The notes under the pieces were generated by a model. That model was not told where the DNA came from and ran no database searches. It saw nothing but the letters and a program-made list of their open reading frames with translations. The position numbers were made by a program, and so were the translations under genes. Positions 1 to 11,246 of a stretch of 64,000 nt of DNA are shown here, piece after piece. The first letter of the stretch is position 1. Each line of letters begins with the position of its first letter. The DNA comes from Phoronis australis (taxonomy: Eukaryota; Animalia; Phoronida): the NCBI GenBank assembly GCA_002633005.1, contig NMRA01000256.1:1-64000 (forward strand). Direction: 5' to 3'.

Positions 1-1815
1 GTAAGCTGTTCTTGGCTTTAATTAGTTTGTACAACAAACTTTCATAGGGTCTACACAAGTGTCTTTCATCGGATGGTAGTTGATATAATAGACCGCCCAG
101 TGTAAGTGGCATCACGAACACACATAAATGAGTAAATATATAATAAAACTATGTACAAAACATTTCATAATAAAACAGTAGCGGTACTTCGACTATACAT
201 CAGTCATCAAAGGCAAATAAATTTAAAAATCCTAAAAGCTATCGTGTAGGATACATGAAACAAGAACAATGACATTAAACACGAATATAAGGTTGCGTAC
301 ATAAGAGTGCAATTACAGAAGGGATTGTCATGAAAACTAATGTACTATGAAACTTTGTAAAATTTAATAAAGTACATAGGTGTTACTTATGGACATTATT
401 TATATAACGACAAGGTACGATGGAACCCAGTATCTTGGGAATTTGTGTCAGGAATTTCAGTTTTTATTATTAAAGCGTCGAGTATTTTCAAACGAAAGGA
501 GTCACGTTCGAAATACCTGACCATGGTATTGTCAACAATATCTGAACGAGAAATTTTCTGTTTGTGGAGTGTTTGGAAGTGATCTTTCATTGATCCATTC
601 TGTAAATGCATAGATAACCAGCGAGATAAAGTGCAAGTTGCATAACCAACATACCTTGAGCAATCAGTGTTTGAACGAATACATTCGTTGTGGGGGAAAT
701 TGAACTGATAAATCAAGTCAATTTTGGCTAACACTCGGACAGACTTTGAGCACATATTGTTTTTAACAACAAGATTTTTAGTTTTATGGTTTGGTAATAT
801 ATAATTAACTTAAAGCTGTCTTCTGGCTTAACGGTCTTAACATTATTATAGATGATCCGTTTTAAAACTCATTCATCTTCAATATAACGTGAATGGAATT
901 GGTTGCGGTTGAATAGTTTCTTGGTACAACCACTTGCTTGTTTTAAACACATAGGCTTCTGCAACCGGTTTATGAAAAGCTGCATATTTTCATCAACAAA
1001 CTTATTGCTGTAACCGTTATTTATCATAATTTGCTTAATGCGATTACACTCAGCGTTGAAGGTTTTCCAGTCAGAGCAAATGGAATATGCTCTTTTCAAA
1101 AAGCTTGTCAAAACAGAGAGTTTATATCTCAGAGGACATTGGCTAGTTTCATGTAAACAAACCCCATCGTATGTAGGTTTCTTGTATACTGAGGTTTTAA
1201 TGCCAGATTCATCATAATCAATAAGTACGTCTAAGAACGGTGTTGTTAAGTGGTAATTCATGCGTGAATTTTAATACAGAATTTTGCTCTAAAGAGAGTT
1301 TGATCTCCATCAGCTTATCATGGTTGACAATCATAAAGATATCATCAACATACCTGCAGTACATGTTCGGCTTTTCCTGAAGACTATCAATAACCTTAGC
1401 TTCAATGTTGCACATGTAAAAATCAGCAAAAGTTGGTTCGAGAGGTGATTCCATGGATACACCATTGGTTTGTAAATACATTTTGCCATCGATGTTTCTA
1501 AAAGGTACTTTTACAGTGCAAAGTAACAACAAATCTCGAATTACCTCTTTAGGAATACTGGAAGGAGCCATTGATACATGGTTGTACATAGAAGATATTA
1601 TTATTTCTACAGTTTCAACAACAGGGGCGTTCGTAAATAAACTTTCAACGTCAAGAGATACAGGATAGGAATTTGGTGTTGCGTCAATAGATCTTAATAA
1701 ATCTAAACATTCATCACGAGATTTCACATTGTACTTATAGAGTAAGTATTGTTTAATAAGTTTATCTAATATTTTAGCAATTTCATAGGTAGGGGAAATG
1801 ATGGGTCTTAGTGGG
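1..1815 (-). mobile_element. Penelope-like retroelement (RT + GIY-YIG), 5'-truncated and disrupted
   Basis: ORF pieces 1218-1820 (PLRPIIS, SLDVESLFTN, GVSMESPL, YCRYVDDIF), 869-1261 (PFLDV..TSVYKKPT) and 396-755 (LIYQF..RYVGY..LSRWLSMH, GIY-YIG-like) are collinear; frameshift near 1240 and stop at 869. Confidence 0.92.
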
Positions 1816-2006
1816 TACACTTGCTTGTGTGTTTATTTCAGTGCTGCGCCGCTCATGCAATGACAAAGTGAATATTTCTATGGTCATCTGCTACTGGTGT
1901 TGCTCCGGATGCCCGTTATCCCACAATCCGTTGTGTATACATGTATGGCGTCTCAAACTATCGGTAAAAGGTCAGTCATACCACTGCAACTTAGAATTGG
2001 CAGTGA

Positions 2007-3017
2007 ATGTTCATTATATTGCAACTTATACTGAGCATGTTTTCAGATGAAACCCCTCCCGTGATATTATTCTGGACTCCGTTCCACAGCCGTAAGGACT
2101 GGTACATAGGCTTGGGGACAGTGTCGATGCCTATCAAGTGTAAGTCTACCTGCCACTTAACTTTGGACCGAAATCTGTTCAATAAAAGTGCCGCTATAGT
2201 GCTGCACCTTGGAAGAGGCGTTAATGAGTTGCCTGGTTACCGTCAACCATGGCAACGGGTAGCCTTCTTTCATAAGGAAGCTCCACCGAATACAAAATCC
2301 TTGAAAGCTTGCAACAACAAAATTAATTTAACAATGACTTACCTCCGTTCTTCAGACATTTTCATGCCATATGGAGAAGTATTACCCATGGCAAACAAAA
2401 GCAACGAACCGATTCATCTTGGAAAAGGGCGAACAAATCTTATCATATGGTTGGTTAGCCACTGCAATACCGATAGTTCAAGAGAAAAGTACGTGGCACA
2501 CTTGAAGAAATTCATCAATGTGGACATTTACGGAGGCTGCGGAATGAAGTGTACCAACTGTGAAGCAGTAGCGAGAACTTATAAATTTTACATGGCATTG
2601 GAAAACAGTGTTTGCAAAGATTACGTTACAGAAAAATTGTTTGAGAACAGCCTTAATTGGGGTTTGATACCAATAGTTCTTGGAGGTGCTGATTACAAAC
2701 GAGTACTTCCACCAAATAGCTACATCAACATTGAGGACTTCAACTCGCCAAAGGAGTTGGCAGAATTTATAAAAGATGTCGCTGCTAACGCTACCCTGTT
2801 CGATTCTTTTCATGAGTGGAGAAAATCGTGGTATGTCAGAGATAGCCTCGACGTGCTCACCGACCGAATATGCAAACTGTGTGATATGATGGTACACAAT
2901 GATACTTTGCCACCAAAGACGTACAGTGACTTAGAATCTTGGTGGAAACGTGATAAGTGTATTCCCGCTCATAAAACGAAGTACATGCGGAGCATTGATG
3001 TTTCAGTGTCACTCTAG
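2007..3017 (+). CDS. Alpha-1,3-fucosyltransferase (GT10 family), single coding exon
   Basis: 336-aa ORF with ILFWTPF, C-x-LT-x-DR, NLTMTY-x-x-x-SDI-x-x-PYG, WLVSHC, VDIYG-x-CG, the alpha-1,3 motif YKFYMALENSVCKDYVTEK, PIVLGG and C-x-LC; short hydrophobic N-terminus, so the true start is uncertain. Confidence 0.93.
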   Translation: MFIILQLILSMFSDETPPVILFWTPFHSRKDWYIGLGTVSMPIKCKSTCHLTLDRNLFNKSAAIVLHLGRGVNELPGYRQPWQRVAFFHKEAPPNTKSLKACNNKINLTMTYLRSSDIFMPYGEVLPMANKSNEPIHLGKGRTNLIIWLVSHCNTDSSREKYVAHLKKFINVDIYGGCGMKCTNCEAVARTYKFYMALENSVCKDYVTEKLFENSLNWGLIPIVLGGADYKRVLPPNSYINIEDFNSPKELAEFIKDVAANATLFDSFHEWRKSWYVRDSLDVLTDRICKLCDMMVHNDTLPPKTYSDLESWWKRDKCIPAHKTKYMRSIDVSVSL

Positions 3018-3777
3018 GGGTCAATAATGGAACCTGCAGACCCATAACGTGATACAAACTTCGCAAACGTCCGCTGCGGATACAACAATATCAATATTTG
3101 AAGAATATGAGTACCTAAGTTTCAGAGGTAACTATTTTAGTTCCAATAGCTTTCGATTACTGTCAATAACACAGCGACTCGTACTGTTAATGTGAAAACT
3201 CCCCAATAAACCACCAAAATTCATAGCGTATACATGTACACGGGAAGGTGTCGACTGAAACTACTCAGTTTTTCAATTGTCGTAGTGGCAAAAAATGTGC
3301 AAGTCCGTTAATCGCACTTGGAGGTTGTGACATGTGTTGTGGCGAATAGGAAGCTCACGGTGGTTTTATTTGGCAGTAGGTTCAATTAATGTAGCTTTCA
3401 CATCTTTTGAAGACTGGAATGAGAAAAGTAAATTTATTTGACTGTAGATTCACGTTTCTTCAGCAATATAGCGGTCTTCTACATCGTGTAACCAATCCAT
3501 TGCCAGGGCAGTCAAAACAAACTTGGGTACCTGGTTCAACAAAATTTCACTTGTTAGGGTCACCCTTTTCAGGGCAGGGAAGCACGTGGCGCGCCTTAGG
3601 CGTTTAGGGTATGCTTTTGGCTTCAAAGGGGGAGCTTTTAATTATTTCCGCGTTAGCAGAGTGCCAAATAATGCACTGCCAAACTTACTCTTGAAAAGAG
3701 TGCAGCCGTTCTGATGCCTAAATCACGTTGGCCGTGCGCTGACTACAGAGGTCAGGCCCACTGCTTAAATCAATAGT

Positions 3778-4744
3778 AAGAACCTCTTGTAATGTAAACT
3801 AAAACCGACACCAAAAGTAAAAGTGCAACTTGTAAAGGAAATAAAACCTGAAGCAACAGAGGTAAACTAGTTGTCAGCCACGGTAAAGCTATAAGACGTT
3901 AACAACTGCGATCATAACTGTTCTGTCAACATTCTTGACGTATAAGCGTCGGTCGAACTCAATTTTGTCAACATTTAATTAATGCAAGAAATTTGAAATC
4001 ATACTCTGTTGAAGTAGCAAGTACCCCCGAAGACCAATGGATACAACAAACTAAATTCGTTTTGTAACCTGTGTCGTAGAACTGAATGTTGAATGCGATC
4101 CCATTTAACGCGATACTCTTTTTGGATTATTGAGTAAGTTGTTTTTGACGCCATCCTTGAAAACGCATTATCACTAGCTGATTTTTTTTCGTTAACGAGC
4201 CGTTACTCCAAAGACTTTATTTCCATAGTATTACCCGTTGTAGTAAAGACGCGAAGCACTCAGTATTGTGTTCTTAGTCTGAAGGTCTCGGAAGGCAGTA
4301 ACTTCGAAAGAACATGGTTATGATTTTTTACGAACTCAGAAAGTGACACCAAACCAAGAACATCATTTGATGGATGACGACCGACGTTAGAATCGATCAT
4401 AGCATTGCTCTTGTGGTTTTCATGCATCGATGAGACGCTAGTGATCAACCCGTGTTGTTGATGTCCCCACAAGAAACTTTATTCATTATCACCACTGTAA
4501 TTACATGTTATACCAAACAAAATAATGTGCAATACGTGATGAGGTAGTCATTAAAAGCGATAACTATGTGTGCAATTGTGAGTTTTTCTTTGAACTTTTC
4601 CCGGCTTGAAAATACCTGCGGTCGTAAAATGTCCATTCGTTGTTTTCGGATTTTCATACAATTTGACTATAACATTTAAACGTTTCTTAATTGCTATGAG
4701 TAAAAATGCCTCGTATCTTGAGATCATTTAACATTTGATTTCAT
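3778..4744. repeat. About 965-bp direct repeat, copy 1
   Basis: Runs aagaacctcttgtaatg to tttgatttcat and is followed by a lone N at 4745; near-identical to 5224-6191. Confidence 0.95.
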
Positions 4745-5223
4745 NATTTTGTGTCATGAATTCTTAACAAATTTGTCGTATTTAAAATAGTCTTCAAATG
4801 CCCAAAAGACCAAATCCGTTTTTCGTGTTGGCAATAATGACGGGATTGCTTTGGAAATCGTCTAAGTTAAGGTTTGACAAAGAGAGTATTCTCTTTAAAA
4901 AATGAAGTTAATTTTCGTCATTGCACAGTGGAGCAGACAAAAACGGAGTCGTAGTGCGCAGCGCCACTGCCGGTCGCCTGGGATATCGCTGGAGAGCCTA
5001 TACACCATGTACTTAGCCATAGTTCCGTTACGAATGCGCCGTGTTCCGAATTTGACACTTGAAATTGGGTTTGAGCCCCCCCCCCCCAAACACTAAAACT
5101 GTACACATTTAAATCTTTTTTTCATCCGTATAATTTTAATTACCGTGGTTAATTAATAAACTCACCATTTCCCTAAGCTCTTACTGTTTTATTTTTTTGC
5201 GGCAGCCCCCTAAATCGCCTATG

Positions 5224-6191
5224 AAGAACCTCTTGTAATGTAAACTAAAACCGACACCAAAAGTAAAAGTGCAACTTGCAAAGGAAATAAACCTGAAACA
5301 ACAGAGGTAAACTAGTTGTCAGCCACGGTAAAGCTATAAGACGTTGACAACTGCGATCATAACTGTTCTGTCAACATTCTTGACGTGTAAGCGTCGGTCG
5401 AACTCAATTTTGTCAACATTTAATTAATGCAAGAAATTTGAAATCATACTCTGTTGAAGTAGCGAGTACCCCCGAAGACCAATGAATACAACAAACTAAA
5501 TTCGTTTTGTAACCTGTGTCGTAGAACTGAATGTTGAATGCGATCCCATTTAACACGATACTCTTTTGGATTATTGCGTAAGTTGTTTTTGACGCCATCC
5601 TTGAAAACGCATTTATTATCACTAGCTGAACTTTTTTCTTTAACGAGCCGTTACTCCAAAGACTTCATTTCTATAGTATTACCCGTTGTAGTAAAGACGC
5701 GAAGCACTCAGTATTGTGTTCTTAGTCTGAAGGTCTCGGAGGGCAGTAACTTCGAAAGAACATGGTTACGATTTTTTACGAACTCAGAAAGTGACACCAA
5801 ACCAAGAACATCATATGATGGATGACGACCGACGTTAGAATCGATCATAGCGTTGCTCTTGTCGTTTTCATGCATCGATGAGACGCTAGTGATCAACCCG
5901 TGTTGTTGATGTCCCCACAAGAAACTTTATTCATTATCACCACTGTAATTACATATTATAGCAAACGAAATAATGTGCAATACGTGATGAGGTAGTCATT
6001 AAAAGCGATAACAATGTGTGCAATTTTGAGCTTTTCTTTGAACTTTTCCCGGCTTGAAAATACCTGCGGTCGTAAAATGTCCATTCGTTGTTTTCGGATT
6101 TTCATACAATTTGACTACAACATTTAAACTTTCTTAATTGCTATGAGAAAAAATGCCTCGTATCTTGAGATCATTTAACATTTGATTTCAT
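5224..6191. repeat. About 965-bp direct repeat, copy 2
   Basis: Same sequence as 3778-4744 with scattered substitutions; duplicated ORFs 4260-4472 and 5708-5920. Confidence 0.95.
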
Positions 6192-8091
6192 CACGCCGTC
6201 CGTAATTCCATATGAACACTTTACTTTGCTGTAATTTCACGCAATCCGCATGTTCGTTCAGTTTTACTGTGATCATAGTCGAGAGAAAGTTGATCCGTGC
6301 TCAAGACTAGAGTTGACAATGGATAATGAACAGCAAACAGTTAGATTTCATACGCTAACTCATAAATTGGTAATTGTCGACTGAGGACTACGCATTGCCG
6401 ATCGCCTGCCCGCCTCCCCCAAAATCCGCCGATGTAATCGAGGTATTTACCCTGAATCTCACAATTCTATCTGCTTGGAACATGAAGTTAATGTAAAGAG
6501 TTGCCGATAAACGTGAGAAATTTTAGAAACTTTACATATTGTGAACAAATTCGCATTCGTGTATCCATCATGAAGTGGCAGCGAAGAACAACGCTGGGTG
6601 CACACATTCATTAGGCCACAGTGCACAGTTGTCGTTACCTCCTCTTTGTAACAAAAGTTCCTTTCAAAGTAAATTACTGGAAACTTTGGGAATTTACATT
6701 TTAGTCTGTCTGTCAACAAGGCGAACAATGTACATTAGATATTGCCAATTTCTCGCCCTAAAATATCGTCATTGGAAAATGGCGTGATCAATGACAACTG
6801 AAATTAAAAATGTTTTAACATTTTAACATGAAGAATTAAAATTCTTCATGCCTGGCAACAGTATCTATAATGCATTCACCAGGAAAATCTTACTGTGACG
6901 ACAAATATTGCTGATAAATACCATGAACAAACCCCGTGGTAGTGTGTAGATCAATAAAATCTTATTAGTTGTCGCCTTGATTTTCCACCGACTAGATATG
7001 AAGGTAGACCAATGTCAAAGGAAATCTGAACACGTACATCGTCGAGAAATTACGCTGTTGGGTTAAAAAAACACTATAACAAAGCCAAGTATTTACTTTA
7101 TTCAAACAGTATATGACGTGTCTTGAGACATTTACAAGACACAAAATCTGCATTTATTCAGAGGCAGGAATGAGACTGTGCCAGTCGGCCGTCAGTCGTC
7201 CCGAAAAATGCAATCCGCCAATTTGAAGTCGATTGGTAAGAGTTAAACCGAAGCATTGCGAGTTTTAATGGTACTTAAAACCATTGTTAAAAGTTAAAGA
7301 CTGGTTTTTGAAACCACCCTGTGTCAACCTATATATTTCGATGCTGAGGGACTGAACCCACACCCGCTGTTCCTTTATCAGCGGTATAAGGTAAAATGCC
7401 ACAGGCTGGAAAAGGAAAATAGGCAATAAGAAAAGGAAACACGAGGGTAAAATACACAAATTGAGACGTCTTACGGATCGTCACAAAAAGGCATGTATGA
7501 CCTAACTACCAAGCAGGAGCCGGTGATAAATCAACCATATGAAGGGTTAAAAACGTGCAGACTAAACTAAGTAGTAAAATCGTGAAAATCACGTGAATTA
7601 CGAAGTAACGTAAGGAATTTTGCTATAGAGTAATACAACACAAAATAAACTAATTTATAATACTAACAATTTACTATAATAAAAAGGTATATAGATAGAT
7701 AAAACTGACATCATAACTCAAGAGCGTTAGCTAAGTTTTACCCTATGGCTTTGTAATCGTAACAGTCAATAAAATAAGGTAGCGATTTACTTTCTGTCCC
7801 ATTACGACCAACATACGCAAATGTGCATTCCACGGACGCAAGAATTTCTCGAGTAAGTCTTACGTGCGCTTGTATTTCCGTCAGTTTCTTGGATCTACGG
7901 AACACAGGCTTGGTCTCAAAATTATACTTCCTATGACACGTCTTAGTTTTATGAACAATTTTAAATGAACTGGGAAAACGCGCGGTTGATATGAAGTAAC
8001 CCAATTTTGACAGAGCTGAACAATCCGGGTAAAACTGGTGGCTTTACACACTTTTACAACATTTCGATCTGGGTAAGAAGTGCAAGACCCT

Positions 8092-8253
8092 TTAGTCACT
8101 CCATGTTTTAGGACAACCGTAGATTTCCATTCTCAGAGCAGCGTAGTTGAGAGCAGACACCATCCACAGTCGAACGTACTTGGCATCAAAGTGGGGGTCA
8201 AAAAACTGATATCGAAGGGAGTCACGGTGTTGGATGTCATTTCCCTTCAAAAC
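8092..8253 (-). CDS. WSC-EGF-F5/8C gene, last coding exon (F5/8C C-terminus)
   Basis: ttacAG acceptor, phase 0; VLKGND...FDAKYVRLW...ALRMEIYGCPKTWSD*; LRMEIYGC is the classic discoidin terminus. Confidence 0.9.
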   Translation of the reverse strand, partial: VLKGNDIQHRDSLRYQFFDPHFDAKYVRLWMVSALNYAALRMEIYGCPKTWSD

Positions 8254-8289
8254 CTGTAATGATTAGATTAGTTACATTGAGCTTTCAGT

Positions 8290-8520
8290 AATGCAATGGT
8301 GACGACAATGATGACGAATAACTGATGATGAAGTTGGTGATGAGCAAGAGGAGAAGGAAGAGGATAATTATTACGATGATCATGATCACGACGACGACGA
8401 CGATGACGACGACAATGATGATGATGATGGTTGTGAATAATGGTGATGGTGGTGATGATGATGGTGAATGTTTGTAATGGTGGTGGTGATGGTGGTGTTG
8501 AAGAAGATGGTGATGACTAG
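8290..8520. repeat. Imperfect (GAT/GAC/GGT)n trinucleotide microsatellite, intronic
   Basis: Runs of gatgatgat, gacgacgac, ggtggtggt. Confidence 0.9.
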
Positions 8521-8967
8521 GCATCTTGTCCTTTTACAATAAAATTACGATAAAGTTATAAATACAGTACAGGTAAGTGTCAAACAGTAAAAATACGCCA
8601 GCTCTTTTTAGCTTGAATGCAAAATGAACACATTTACATGATGGCCACAAGATTATTCCTCCACAGTCATGAGTCCATTGAATTTTGTAACACTGGGATT
8701 GTTGTAGCTCCATGTAGGCAAATGCTGTTTCCTATGGTCATCGTAGAATGCACATTCTGTATCAAAACGATATTCTAACTCGACACATGACCTAACACAC
8801 AGAGGGCATAATATTTCTGGTCTGCTTACTTTCAAGTGTTTACCCTTTTTAATTAAGCTGCGTCAAGGGCCTTACTGAAAACTATACTGGATCGATCTTT
8901 GCAAAATACCAAAGGTACACCGTTCCAGAGATTCGAACCACCAATGCGCAATGCTGGCTACGGGCCT

Positions 8968-9045
8968 GTGATGATGATGATGATGAGGAGGAGAAGAATA
9001 ATGAGGATGGTGGTGATAATGATGGCGATGAGGATAATGATGATG
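8968..9045. repeat. Imperfect (GAT)n microsatellite, intronic
   Basis: gatgatgatgatgatgaggag... Confidence 0.85.
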
Positions 9046-9092
9046 TTTTTGCAATGTCCAAAAGTTTCACAAGGTCGATACTACGGGCGTAC

Positions 9093-9182
9093 CTGTTCGT
9101 TGTTGTACCACGACCAGTTCGATCCGTCCAGGGAGTATTGAATTTTGAAAGTGTAGATTCGCTCATCGTTGTCGAATCTCCC
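9093..9182 (-). CDS. WSC-EGF-F5/8C gene, F5/8C middle exon
   Basis: ttccAG to GTac, phase 0-0; GRFDNDERIYTFKIQYSLDGSNWSWYNNEQ (YS-x-DG-x-x-W motif). Confidence 0.9.
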
Positions 9183-9584
9183 CTGGAAAACATTTTAAAA
9201 TAAATGTGTTGCCTAAAATTGAAATACAAACCGCCTGATTATCTTGGATACATTTTAGCGTCATAATCACTATTTTCTTTGTCTTCATTAACAGAGCGTG
9301 AAACAATTATGTGACGTTAAGTTCATTTCGTTCATTTTCATCCAGCAAACACAATGACGGACTCGCCGTTGAACACACTGTTAACAACTTATCAGACCCC
9401 GAGCCTTGTATCAATTTAAAGAGTTTGTTCTCAAGGAATAACGAGATGCCAGTTGTTCTCAAGTCCACGCATCACCTGAGTAAGAAACAAGCGAGAGCAC
9501 TTTAAGAACGGAAAATGGACTGAATAGAGATGTCTATCTTTGACAAAAGACACGGTTCTGTTCTCGCTTTAATGATGCAAATAC

Positions 9585-9823
9585 CTGCACTGCCACTGAG
9601 GTGATGCGGTGAACGCTTGGTAATTCAACACCAAACCACTCCGCGTTTGCTGTTGTTCCTTGGGAGCGCCATCCATCGGCTCCATCATTGCGGTCGTGGT
9701 ACAGCCGAGCTCTGAAAGACTCGTGACCGCCTGGGTTGGTACTTGCTGTCATCTTATTGTCTGGTATAGTTCCATCCTCTAGGCCAAGAGGCTGGGGTGC
9801 AAAGCAACCATGAATTTCACCTT
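9585..9823 (-). CDS. WSC-EGF-F5/8C gene, F5/8C N-terminal exon
   Basis: tgcAG to GTat, phase 1-0; CFAPQPLGLEDGTIPDNKMTAS...RARL...GW...EWFGVEL...ITSVAVQ. Confidence 0.92.
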
Positions 9824-9870
9824 CTGCAACACGAGTGGGACGCTGACGCTGTTAAACTGCGAGCACAGAA

Positions 9871-10676
9871 TGTATGAAGCATAAAAGGGTTCTTTAACGA
9901 GTATCTATCTGCGCATTGAAATGTTCTTATTCAACGCGCACTCTTGCTTAATTAATCTATGCACACTTTTTTAATCAACGTGCTGAATTGGTCCTTAAAC
10001 GATTATCTTTCTGCTCTTACGCAACGCATACTTTAATAAAGCGCCAGATTTCTGAACGAGGACATTTCTACGCGTTGAAATGCGCTTAATCTACGCGTAC
10101 CTTTTAATCAGTTCATATAGTCCAATCACGCCTGTTTTCTTAATTTAATTGATTAAGAGCAGAACGATAATCGTGTAAGAGCTAAAAGTACGCGTAGATT
10201 AAGTAAAAGTAAGCGTAGATTAAACACATTTCAACGCGTGGAAATGTACTCGTTTAAGAACCCTTACGCGCTTCATACACTTTTGATTAATCAACGTGTA
10301 GTATTGCTTAATCAACGCACTGAATAAGTTATTCGGTAAGTCAAACCAAAGACAAATTTACCTTCAGTACAAAGTTAGCAGCGCCATAGTTTACTTACTC
10401 ACTTGAACAATGCTCAAAACTGGGCGTGCACGCATGAAGAAAGTATTCCGCCATTTTGATATTAGGGAGCACTGACGTGATCGGGGTATAGGAATCAATT
10501 AAAAGCACGCGTTGAATAAGCAATAGTGCGAGTTGGATGAGAGCAGAACAGTGATCGTTTAAGAACTAATTCAGCGTGTTGACTAAGCAAAATAACGCGT
10601 TGATTAAGCAAAGGGGTCGTTTCACATTTCAACGGGCAGAAAGGCACTCCTTTAAGAACTCTTTGGCGCTTCATAA
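9871..10676. mobile_element. Foldback/MITE-like non-autonomous element with nested inverted arms
   Basis: Left end tgtatgaagc..aagggttcttta..ttgaaatg is inversely matched at about 10225-10279 and again at about 10600-10676; repeated ttaatcaacgc/gcgttgattaa motifs. Confidence 0.65.
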
Positions 10677-11246
10677 GAATGCCCTCAATAATCGCATTCA
10701 CCAGTCACTGCCATCTCATATCTTATATGAGGTTCACTGTCGCCTCCCTTCATCACTCCTCGTCATCACCTCTCGTCATCGTTGTCGTTCAGTTGTCACC
10801 GTCGATATCGTCACTGGCCGTGACACATTTGGCAAATAGGCCTATTGAAGTTCGGATGAAGAAGATGTTTTTGAAATTTAAGGCGTTTCGGTTAAGAATT
10901 CAACGTCGACAGCTATCAGCGGCGAAATGTCCCTTCAATAAGAGACACTCAAACATTCATAAATTACCTAGGTTTACACTCCTGCTCGCCAAAATGCAGG
11001 TCTGTTGCGTATGCCTGGCGTACTCGCATACTGTGGCGTTCAACTTTTGGACACAGGCATCGATACACTCACTGTACGACAATCCCTCAACAGCCGTGTG
11101 CTTCAACGCGAAGCCTGCAAAACGAAAACGGAAATAAAACGCCATCTTCGTTCGCGAAGTTGAAAAAGCTGCCTTACATTAGACAAATTCATGACTCGGG
11201 AACATTTCTCAACGGAGAAAACGCAACAAAACGCACATTAATGATT

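Noticed and set aside
8920-8968. Minus-strand GGTTCGAATC, tRNA B-box-like
   Set aside because: No cloverleaf or A-box; context caggcccgtagccag looks like a MITE end
8285-9229. His-, Ser- and Met-rich ORFs
   Set aside because: Translations of trinucleotide microsatellites; the real exon (9093-9182) is in another frame
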